Positions 24,560 through 32,000 of a stretch of DNA of 32,000 bases are shown one piece after another. Within the stretch, counting starts at the first letter, position 1. Every line of letters starts with the position of its first letter. Made by a program: the position numbers and the translations under genes. Source of the DNA: Candidatus Woesearchaeota archaeon. GTDB taxonomy: Archaea; Nanobdellota; Nanobdellia; Woesearchaeales; UBA525. The notes beneath the pieces are model-generated. The model saw only the letters and a program-made list of their open reading frames with translations. It ran no database searches and was not told the DNA's origin. The DNA lies in assembly GCA_028818155.1 (NCBI GenBank), contig JAPPOH010000016.1, forward strand, positions 1-32,000. The letters are read 5' to 3'.

Positions 24560-26023
24560 ATGGAACCTGCCAGGGTAAAGAGCACACAGCACCCAGACAA
24601 CGTCTATCCAGCCTTCTTCTCTGAAAGTGAAATCATGGGTGGCAATGACGAAATCAAGGAAGCCTTCTACGCGTTTAGCCATTTAGGATGTCACGAACAA
24701 CTCTGGGATGCAGAGGGGAAAGAAACAGACAACTTCGTCGTGAAAAAACTCTTAACAAGATACGAACGCTACTTCAAAGAACACATTTTAGGAGATCGTA
24801 TTGTCCTCAGCCTCAGAATACCAAATCCGAACGTGGAGAAAAGCGAGGCAAAAATCCTCTTAGAAGCACTCAACTCCATCACGAGAAGCTACGACATCGT
24901 CAAATTATTCTACGGCGAAGACGCAAAGCCACCAATCATCGATGTGTATGTGCCCATGGTCCAATCAGCTGATGATGTGCTCAAAGTCCATGAATACTAC
25001 CAAGAGTACATTATCAATCAGCAAAACAAACCGATCAGGAAAACAACAATCAAACAATGGCTCGGCGAATTCGGACCAAAGAATGTACTCGTTACACCAT
25101 TAGTAGAAGACAAAGAGAGCATTTTGGACGCGCACAACATCGCACGAACATTAATTGAGAAAACAGGCAATAAAACAATCCGTTTCTGGTTCGCCAGATC
25201 AGATCCAGCATTAAACTACGGCAGCACAACAACAGCATTAATGCTCAAAGTAGCATTACAGAGATTACACAACCTTGAACAAGAACTGGGCGCAACAATT
25301 TACCCCATCATCGGGTGCGGGAGCGCACCATTCAGAGGGAACTTCCGGCCTGATAACGCAGAAAAGATGCTCGAAGGGTATCCGAGCATCCAAACATTCA
25401 CGATCCAAAGCAGCTTCAAGTACGACCACCCGATTGAGGAAGTGCAAGCAGCAGTCAAAATAATCAACGAAACAAAAAGAAGTGCACCAGTCCCCATTGA
25501 TGAAGCTAAAATCCTCCCAATCATAGAAAAACTAACGAACGCATACGAAGAAGAGATCAAACTCTTAGCACCATTAATCAACAAAGTAGCAGCGCACGTA
25601 CCTTCTCGCAGATTAAGAAAACTCCACGTTGGATTATTCGGGTACTCGCGTTCATCAGGTGGCTTCACCCTCCCGAGAGCAATCAAATTCACCGCTGCAC
25701 TCTACTCGTTAGGCCTGCCACCAGAACTATTATCGTTAAGCGTCCTCACAAGTGAAGAGATAGGAACAATCAAAGAAGTATACAGCAACTTCGAACAAGA
25801 CTACCAAGATGCAGCGCAATATTTCAACATGGATAACCTCCATTTGTTCCCAGAACTCATTCAAGAGCGAATAAAAGAAACCGTCAGAAAATTCCCAGTC
25901 ACACCAGAACGCAAGCACGCGAAAATCACAAGCATCATCGCAGCAAACCTCGAAAAAGAACAGTTCGATGTCGTGAAGGAAGATATTGTTCGCGCGGGCA
26001 TGATCAGAAAATTCTTAGGATGA
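24560..26023 (+). CDS. ppcA: Archaeal-type phosphoenolpyruvate carboxylase
   Basis: The N-terminal signature is ARVKSTQHPDNV, the length is 487 aa, and the layout matches archaeal-type PEPC. TTAATATAC (24530-24538) lies 26 nt upstream. Confidence 0.8.
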   Translation: MEPARVKSTQHPDNVYPAFFSESEIMGGNDEIKEAFYAFSHLGCHEQLWDAEGKETDNFVVKKLLTRYERYFKEHILGDRIVLSLRIPNPNVEKSEAKILLEALNSITRSYDIVKLFYGEDAKPPIIDVYVPMVQSADDVLKVHEYYQEYIINQQNKPIRKTTIKQWLGEFGPKNVLVTPLVEDKESILDAHNIARTLIEKTGNKTIRFWFARSDPALNYGSTTTALMLKVALQRLHNLEQELGATIYPIIGCGSAPFRGNFRPDNAEKMLEGYPSIQTFTIQSSFKYDHPIEEVQAAVKIINETKRSAPVPIDEAKILPIIEKLTNAYEEEIKLLAPLINKVAAHVPSRRLRKLHVGLFGYSRSSGGFTLPRAIKFTAALYSLGLPPELLSLSVLTSEEIGTIKEVYSNFEQDYQDAAQYFNMDNLHLFPELIQERIKETVRKFPVTPERKHAKITSIIAANLEKEQFDVVKEDIVRAGMIRKFLG

Positions 26024-26224
26024 GAGATTCTTGTAGGTTAAGATAAGTCCTATGCCTGTCGTGAGGCACCAGAAAAAAATCTTGATTGCAGGAGAAAACG
26101 GCCTCCCCTCAAGCAACGGGATAAACGTGCCTGCAATGGATAAACCAATGATAATAATGATTTGGTTCTCTATTTTCCTATGCATAGAGCTACTTGAGAT
26201 CATCCAGTTAAAAACTTTCACCAA
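26015..26224 (-). CDS. Small membrane protein (69 aa, 2 TM)
   Basis: Two hydrophobic helices are present. ATG 26224 lies about 23 nt from the shared TTTTATATAC box (26243-26252). Confidence 0.4.
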   Translation of the reverse strand: MVKVFNWMISSSSMHRKIENQIIIIIGLSIAGTFIPLLEGRPFSPAIKIFFWCLTTGIGLILTYKNLSS

Positions 26225-26242
26225 GATCGAAGCTATCCTTCA

Positions 26243-26252
26243 TTTTATATAC
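26243..26252. promoter_or_regulatory. Shared bidirectional TATA element
   Basis: TTTTATATAC lies 26 nt from ATG 26273 (plus strand) and about 23 nt from ATG 26224 (minus strand). Confidence 0.45.
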
Positions 26253-26272
26253 AAAAAAACATTCCGTACAGT

Positions 26273-26986
26273 ATGACAGACCCGTTCATGCTTGTTTCAT
26301 TAAAAGATGCAGAGGCAAAAAACCTCTCGCGAGTCATCGCAAGCGATTCATGCAGGAAAATTCTGAATTTTTTAACGGAAAAAGACGCGACGGAGTCAGA
26401 AATCGCCAAGGCACTGAAGATGCCCCTCTCCACAGCACATCACAACGTCCAACAACTGCTGAAGGCAAAGATGATCGTTGTTGACGAATTCCATTACAGT
26501 GAGAAAGGGAGGGAAGTGAATCATTACAAACTCGCAAATAAGTACATTATTATCGCGCCGCAAGGACAGAAGACATCGTTTTGGGAGCACATGAAGAAGT
26601 ACGTGCCCGTTACTCTGTTAACATTAGGCACTGCAGCGGTATTCAAATCATTACACTGGTTCACGCCAGCGCAATTCTCGAAAACACTGGCTGTTGAGCG
26701 AACAAAGAGCATTGCTGACGAGGCTGTTCACAGTGCTGACATTGCTATCGAATCAACAGGAGAAGTCGCAGGCATGTCGATGGATGCTGCAGCAGATGCG
26801 GTGATGCAAGAAGAGGTTGCAAACGTAGCAAATGTTGCAGAACCCATACAGCAAGAGATTGTGCATGTTATCGAGCAGCCCTGGTGGCTCTCGCCTGTTA
26901 TCGATTGGGTGGTACTTGGCGCGTTTACTGTTATCGTTCTTATTGTTCTCATCGAATTCATCCGATGGAAATCTACTACGAAGTAG
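26273..26986 (+). CDS. Membrane-anchored ArsR-type winged-HTH protein
   Basis: The wHTH is CRKILNFLTEKDATESEIAKALKMPLSTAHHNVQQLLKAKMIVV. It is followed by TM1 (VPVTLLTLGTAAVF), an acidic ~90-aa segment, and TM2 (VVLGAFTVIVLIVLIEFI). Confidence 0.75.
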   Translation: MTDPFMLVSLKDAEAKNLSRVIASDSCRKILNFLTEKDATESEIAKALKMPLSTAHHNVQQLLKAKMIVVDEFHYSEKGREVNHYKLANKYIIIAPQGQKTSFWEHMKKYVPVTLLTLGTAAVFKSLHWFTPAQFSKTLAVERTKSIADEAVHSADIAIESTGEVAGMSMDAAADAVMQEEVANVANVAEPIQQEIVHVIEQPWWLSPVIDWVVLGAFTVIVLIVLIEFIRWKSTTK

Positions 26987-27032
26987 TAACTTTTAAAAAG
27001 TATAGGTGAATGAAGGGACCTAGAGGGGTACC

Positions 27033-28748
27033 ATGAGCGCTCACAAAAGAAAACTAAAGACTCTCGGGTATGCGATCGAAAATTTCGCACGAAACACCGT
27101 GCTTGGAGCGATGGCAGACATCACTCCTGAGGAAGCAGCAACATACGTCGGTCTCGCATCTGAGTATCAACAAACGAGTAGAGCATATGTCGAAGCACTC
27201 TTTGCACCACGCCAAGGAAGGCAGCATGCCCAAAGAATAGAAAAGTTATTCCAGCGCTTCGCATCCGCAGACGAAGCGATCAAAGACAGCGAAATAACCA
27301 AGCGTGTTGCCAACGCACCAACAGACAACCTCGAAGATATAGCAAATGAACACGAAGATACAGTTGTCGAAAAGAGCAGGGAGTTGTCAAGACAGTACTT
27401 CCCTAGGAGACCACTCATACGAATCTTTTCCGGATTTGAAGAAGGGAATTTCGAGCACTTCCGTAGGCTCGTCAAAATAGCGAACGACGGACTCAAATTC
27501 AAAATTCAGGAAGAATCACGATTCCCACAACAGATCACTGAGCTTGCAACAGTAACAGAATACGGCGCGCGGCTCTTCTTAGACCATGTCATCAAAGATG
27601 GAAGGAAGAACGATCAAACAGTCCGTAAAGACAAAGGGCTTTTCCGCATAGCTAAAAAATTCGATGCTGTACTTCCGTACTACATGAGTGTGCAATCAGC
27701 TGCTGAGTACAAACTTGGAGCATACCTCACTGGCGATGACATCATCGCAGATGTTCCATGTGTACTACCACTCCTCGATGATCTTCGAGAAGTAGGCGTT
27801 GATCCTCGTACAGTGCATGATTTCCTGCAGCACGGTCCATATGAACAACGCCGTGCATGTACAAGAGCTGTTTTGCGTGATCCTGCTCTACTGGACATGT
27901 ACAGCACGCTCAAAGGAACGCTTTCCCAAAAGCAGCTCGCAGCATCCTTGCAAGCGATTGACAGCGGCGGAGAGCTCTTCACCGAAATACAAGAAATCGC
28001 AGCAGAAGGAAGAACACGAATGAACGCAGCACATCTCCTCGTACACGCAGAGGATATCGCTCGGAGTGATGACCTTCCAGCACTCTTAGATGTAGCGAGG
28101 GAATACGACAACGGACACATGTTCATCGATGAATACACACATGCAACCCGCACAGATCAACAGGACAAAGCGGAACTCATCCTCGCCATCGCACAACTCC
28201 AACCTGAGAAGCCAGGAGCTATACGAAAAGTATTACGCCATCTCGAAGATATGGAACCGCTGCATGGTATGGAACCACAAGAAGCCATAAACTATCTGCT
28301 GACGCCACAACTCGTCCAGGATGCTCAGGATGTGCAATTCGAGGAAACGAGAAGAGCGCCATACACACCACCAAAGCAACGCTCCCCTTCACCAGAACCT
28401 CCTGTTCCCACTCCTGACGCAACCAAACTAGAGTATAACAACATCCTCGTCATCGGGGACTACGATGAGATGTTCGAAAGAAAGCTACAAAGCGAATTCG
28501 ATGCCAAAGTGAGAGTACAGCGCGGAAAGAACCCTGCGAGACACGGCCTAAAACATGCTGAACGAGGAGATCTCGTCGTCTTTGGACGCGACCTCTGGCT
28601 GAGAGATGTCCTGAAAGTAGGACCAGACTACAGAGAAAAGGGCGCCCACATCATGCGTGGCTACTTCCACAACCCACAACGCCTCGCAACCGCGATCCGA
28701 GAATACACAGCCGCAAGACCTCGTCGACATCTGCCACTATCTTTATAA
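27033..28748 (+). CDS. Hypothetical protein (571 aa), with no family assigned
   Basis: Long ORF with a Pro-rich linker (PYTPPKQRSPSPEPPVPTP) before a ~120-aa C-terminal module NILVIGDYDE...GDLVVFGRD...GAHIMRGYF. That module looks like a small Rossmann/DUF2325-like domain, but this rests on my recollection only. Confidence 0.7.
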   Translation: MSAHKRKLKTLGYAIENFARNTVLGAMADITPEEAATYVGLASEYQQTSRAYVEALFAPRQGRQHAQRIEKLFQRFASADEAIKDSEITKRVANAPTDNLEDIANEHEDTVVEKSRELSRQYFPRRPLIRIFSGFEEGNFEHFRRLVKIANDGLKFKIQEESRFPQQITELATVTEYGARLFLDHVIKDGRKNDQTVRKDKGLFRIAKKFDAVLPYYMSVQSAAEYKLGAYLTGDDIIADVPCVLPLLDDLREVGVDPRTVHDFLQHGPYEQRRACTRAVLRDPALLDMYSTLKGTLSQKQLAASLQAIDSGGELFTEIQEIAAEGRTRMNAAHLLVHAEDIARSDDLPALLDVAREYDNGHMFIDEYTHATRTDQQDKAELILAIAQLQPEKPGAIRKVLRHLEDMEPLHGMEPQEAINYLLTPQLVQDAQDVQFEETRRAPYTPPKQRSPSPEPPVPTPDATKLEYNNILVIGDYDEMFERKLQSEFDAKVRVQRGKNPARHGLKHAERGDLVVFGRDLWLRDVLKVGPDYREKGAHIMRGYFHNPQRLATAIREYTAARPRRHLPLSL

Positions 28749-28771
28749 ACATCTCATGACTTTCTTCTCTC

Positions 28772-29767
28772 ATGCCGGGGGACGCCGTTTTCACACTGAA
28801 GAACGTCAATAAGAAGTACGGCCCCAAACAAGTTCTGCAAAACGTTTCATTCGATATCAACAGAGGAGAAGTGCTCGGACTCATCGGCGCATCGGGCGCA
28901 GGGAAAACCACACTCCTCCACATGCTCGTCGGCTTCATTCCAAGTTCCTCAGGAGATATCATCTTCAAGCAGCACACGAGAAAAGGGTTGAAAGACAGAA
29001 ACGTGCTCCACAACCAGCATCTCATCAGCAAGACATACGGGTTCGCGAGCCAACACCCAAGTTTCTATGAAAAACTTACTGTCATAGAAAACCTCCATTA
29101 CTTCGGCGGCATGTACGGACAGACAACAGAGACAGTGGACAAGAACGCGAAAACACTCCTCGGCCTCATGGGATTAAAATCAAATATGCACTTGTTAGCA
29201 CAACATCTCTCCGGCGGCATGAAGCGGAGACTAGATATTGCATGCGCATTAATCCACAACCCGTCCATTCTGATCCTCGATGAGCCAACCGCAGACCTCG
29301 ACCCCGTACTGAGGAATCAAATCTGGGATATTATCAAGACGATTAACGCAAAAGGAACAACGGTCATTCTCAGCTCGCATCACTTGAATGAACTTGACAC
29401 GCTCTGCAGCAGAATCGCGATCATCAAAGATGGAAATCTCGTTGATATTGACACACCAGAAAAGCTCAAGGCGAAATACAGCAGTGTCCAAGAGATTATG
29501 ATTGAATCGTTCCCAGGCAACTACGAAAAAATAACAAAGTACCTGAAAGGCGTGGATATACACCAAGAAGGAACCTCACTCATCATCAAAACAACCTCGC
29601 CTGAGACGGTCATCAGCCAGGTCCTCGCAATCCTGAAGAAGCAAAAAGAATCACTCCTGGATTTGAAACTCGTCAAACCGAATCTCGACAACGTCTTCGT
29701 AGAGATCTATGGCAAGAAGAAAGCAAAGAAAGAGATTGCGCCAGTAAACACAGAGGATGTCGCGTGA
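28772..29767 (+). CDS. ABC transporter ATP-binding protein
   Basis: Walker A is GLIGASGAGKTTLL, the signature is LSGGMKRRLDIA, and Walker B is ILILDEPTADLD. ATG 28772 lies 26 nt from CTTTATAAAC (28741-28750). Confidence 0.9.
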   Translation: MPGDAVFTLKNVNKKYGPKQVLQNVSFDINRGEVLGLIGASGAGKTTLLHMLVGFIPSSSGDIIFKQHTRKGLKDRNVLHNQHLISKTYGFASQHPSFYEKLTVIENLHYFGGMYGQTTETVDKNAKTLLGLMGLKSNMHLLAQHLSGGMKRRLDIACALIHNPSILILDEPTADLDPVLRNQIWDIIKTINAKGTTVILSSHHLNELDTLCSRIAIIKDGNLVDIDTPEKLKAKYSSVQEIMIESFPGNYEKITKYLKGVDIHQEGTSLIIKTTSPETVISQVLAILKKQKESLLDLKLVKPNLDNVFVEIYGKKKAKKEIAPVNTEDVA

Positions 29768-31749
29768 GATCTCTCCGCATGATCGTCAAGAACTTCAAAC
29801 TCCTCTTCAGAAATAAGGAGAGTGCATACACGATCATCTTCGGTCCCATTCTTATCATCCTCTTGGTGAGCTTCGCATTCATGGGAGCATCTGACGAGTA
29901 CACAGTGAACGTTGGGACGTACGTCCCAGAAGTGACAGACTTGAGCGAACGAACAATCAAAACGCTCAACAAGAACAACTATCTTGTTTCCGTCTATCCA
30001 ACAGAAGAAACCTGTGTTTCGAGTGTTGAATCAGGAAGCACACATGCATGCCTTGTCTTTTCACAGGAAGAATCAGGAGACGAAACGGTTCCTATCACGT
30101 TTTACCTCGACTTTTCACGAACGAATATCGTCTATCAGTTGCTCGATGACCTTTCAGCAGAGGTTGATATTCAAGCAGATGCGATCAGGAGCCAACTCGC
30201 ACTGAGCACATTACAACGCATGGAAACCGCGGCGATAATCGTTGAAGAATCATATACGACAGCAAAAAGTGCGGCGGAGCAACTCGCGACAATCTCAGGA
30301 AACCTTGAAGCGGCACGTGGCGCACTCACAAACATCCCAACGAGAAATGAAAATATTACTGACTTACGACTCCTCAAGGGCTATCATCACGGCCTCGCAC
30401 AAAACGCGAAGACAATCTCAGATTTGGTGAATCCGATATTTGATGAAGCACGCGCTGCACTCCACGCAATGGAAACTGAGTGTGGGGATTGTACGGAAGT
30501 AGTGCTGAATCAAGCAGAAGCAGTAGAAGATAAGATTGAGGAAGCAGAGACGGAAATCTATCGCATTACAGAAGAGACCACAGACAAGCAGCTCCAAGAA
30601 GCAGATCTTCTTATGCGATCGCTCATCGGCGAAGTCGAGATACTGGAGAGCACAATCAGAAACGCCACGACATCTGGCGTTGTCATCACAGAAAACGTCG
30701 ACGCATCAGCAGCAGACCTGGACAATAATGTGCGTGCTGTGGAACAGGTCGTGACGAAACTCGCATACGCAAAAGACTTCCTTCGTGGTGATGACCTGGA
30801 TGCGGACACGATTACAACACCGATCTCCACATCAGTGGTAAGCATCACTGTCACTGATGACACGCTGAGTTTTGCGTACCCATACTTACTGATGCTCGTC
30901 ATCATGTTTATCGGTATGCTCCTCTCGAGTATGATGGTCGTGACAGATAAAATCAGCCAGGCCGCGTTCAGAAACTTCACAACGCCAACATCAAACGCGT
31001 TCTATGTGTTCATTAGCTTTTTGACAGCATTTATTCTGCTCGCCGCAGAAGTTATTGTCATGCTTGGCATTAGTAGCTTCTTCATCGCACAACCACTCTT
31101 CCTGAACCCGCTGCCGACATTCACACTCATTTCCGTCGCGATCGTGCTCTTTACATTTGTTGGAATGATTATCGGTTACTTATCGAATACACAGGAAGCA
31201 GCAATGATATCAAGCATCAGTCTTGGCTCCGTGTTGCTGTTCGTGAGCAATCTGATCATTCCTATTGAGGGCATGACGGGACTCGTGCAAAAACTCACGG
31301 CACTGAATCCGTACATCGTCCTCTCAGAGCTCTTGAAGAAAAGCATGCTCTATGGCGTCACGACTGGACAGATCGTCCAGCAGCTGCTCGTGTTGGCAGG
31401 ATTACTCGTTGTATTGCTGTTCTTGACAGCACTTATCAGACAACGGATGAAGAAAAAATACTTCAAACAGGATGAACCGGTGCTTGTGAAGATGCATATT
31501 CCAGCACCACTTCGCCTCGGCAATACATACGTGTACGGGCCTGTCGATCTGATGGCAACGCTGGACAAAATGACTCGTGAAGAGTTCACAGAGCTCGTGC
31601 AGAAACCAAATAATAGTATTGCACAGTGGGTGGCAAAGGAATTACGACTCAAAGTCCTCGCCCACAGGCTGCGAACAACGAGTAAAGAGAAAATGATTTT
31701 AAGGCTGGATCGGTATTTGAAGCGTCATGGCAAAAAACTCAAGCGTTAA
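29764..31749 (+). CDS. ABC-2-type permease with a ~330-aa coiled-coil ectodomain (YhgE/Pip-like architecture) and a ~100-aa cytoplasmic C-terminal module
   Basis: TM1 (aa ~20-43) is followed by a long hydrophilic Ala/Glu/Thr-rich insert, then 5 TM helices, and then MATLDKMTREEFTELVQKPNNSIAQWVAKELRLKVLAHRL. It overlaps the ATPase gene by 4 nt. Confidence 0.8.
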   Translation: MRSLRMIVKNFKLLFRNKESAYTIIFGPILIILLVSFAFMGASDEYTVNVGTYVPEVTDLSERTIKTLNKNNYLVSVYPTEETCVSSVESGSTHACLVFSQEESGDETVPITFYLDFSRTNIVYQLLDDLSAEVDIQADAIRSQLALSTLQRMETAAIIVEESYTTAKSAAEQLATISGNLEAARGALTNIPTRNENITDLRLLKGYHHGLAQNAKTISDLVNPIFDEARAALHAMETECGDCTEVVLNQAEAVEDKIEEAETEIYRITEETTDKQLQEADLLMRSLIGEVEILESTIRNATTSGVVITENVDASAADLDNNVRAVEQVVTKLAYAKDFLRGDDLDADTITTPISTSVVSITVTDDTLSFAYPYLLMLVIMFIGMLLSSMMVVTDKISQAAFRNFTTPTSNAFYVFISFLTAFILLAAEVIVMLGISSFFIAQPLFLNPLPTFTLISVAIVLFTFVGMIIGYLSNTQEAAMISSISLGSVLLFVSNLIIPIEGMTGLVQKLTALNPYIVLSELLKKSMLYGVTTGQIVQQLLVLAGLLVVLLFLTALIRQRMKKKYFKQDEPVLVKMHIPAPLRLGNTYVYGPVDLMATLDKMTREEFTELVQKPNNSIAQWVAKELRLKVLAHRLRTTSKEKMILRLDRYLKRHGKKLKR

Positions 31750-32000
31750 CGGACTGCACGTCCATCATTTCCCAGGATCAGAGCACGGGATCGTCGTCTT
31801 TCCAGGGCTCGGTATCAGTTCACAGCATGCGTTCTATCAGCAGCTTGGAGATTTAGATCATTCTGTGTACGTTGTTGAGCTTCGTGGCCATGGTAAATCA
31901 GAAGGGGAATGGTCATTAGATCATCATCGCCAGGATATCGCGCATGTCTTGCGAGAGTTCAAGGGAAAACACAACCATTTGTTCACGGTCGCGAGTGGCC
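31727..32000 (+). CDS. Partial CDS (5' end), alpha/beta-hydrolase-fold protein
   Basis: ATG 31727 opens a frame that runs to the window edge: MAKNSSVNGLHVHHFPGSEHGIVVFPGLG...VYVVELRGHGKSEG. It overlaps the permease gene's 3' end by 23 nt. Confidence 0.6.
   Translation, partial: MAKNSSVNGLHVHHFPGSEHGIVVFPGLGISSQHAFYQQLGDLDHSVYVVELRGHGKSEGEWSLDHHRQDIAHVLREFKGKHNHLFTVASG

Noticed and set aside
28741-28771. Co-transcription of the 571-aa ORFan with the ABC transporter as a single operon
   Set aside because: A canonical CTTTATAAAC box overlaps the ORFan stop and lies 26 nt upstream of the ABC ATPase ATG, so the transporter probably has its own leaderless transcript. A functional link remains possible, but gene spacing alone does not support it.
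1-32000. Scan for CRISPR repeats, DGR components (reverse transcriptase, TR/VR pairs), transposases, integrases, terminal inverted repeats, tRNA genes and long direct repeats
   Set aside because: I found none by eye. The only exact repeat noticed is the 23-nt duplicate inside the Lys-codon tract. A visual scan cannot exclude diverged or long-range repeats, so a self dot-plot or BLASTN self-comparison would be needed.

Overview
This is a densely coding segment of about 40 genes, and I infer it is archaeal. The evidence is an archaeal type-A RNase P RNA, aMBF1, an archaeal-type PEP carboxylase, Lrp/AsnC and HTH_10 regulators, and A/T-rich TATA-like boxes centred about 26 nt upstream of most start codons, which implies leaderless mRNAs. 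Short genes, lysine-rich tails and truncated enzymes suggest a small-genome (DPANN-like) lineage, but that is inference only.

Most content is housekeeping: pyrC, glmS with a YvcK/CofD-like gene, alaX, RNA methyltransferases, ppcA and rnpB. Accessory content is two small toxin-antitoxin pairs (a nucleotidyltransferase-HEPN pair at the left edge, and VapBC), an ABC-2 exporter with a very large ectodomain, and several proteins with no recognisable family. I saw no CRISPR array, transposase, integrase, reverse transcriptase, tRNA or rRNA, and I cannot point to a canonical or clearly novel multi-gene defence system.

The items most worth a second look are:
- A GC-rich ~70-nt hairpin at 17762-17834 with its own correctly spaced TATA box, sitting in the longest non-coding spacer I found. 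It is a candidate small RNA or structured leader.
- The 26015-31749 locus: a membrane-anchored wHTH regulator, a 571-aa unassigned protein, and the ABC/Pip-like permease.
- An orphan histidine-kinase-like GHKL ATPase.
- A leaderless operon that translationally couples two unknown proteins (one with an extreme poly-Lys tail) to pyrC, followed by a MutS-like ATPase that has domain V only.
- A yvcK(glmR)-glmS translational coupling.

All functional calls come from motif recognition by eye. No database search was run.
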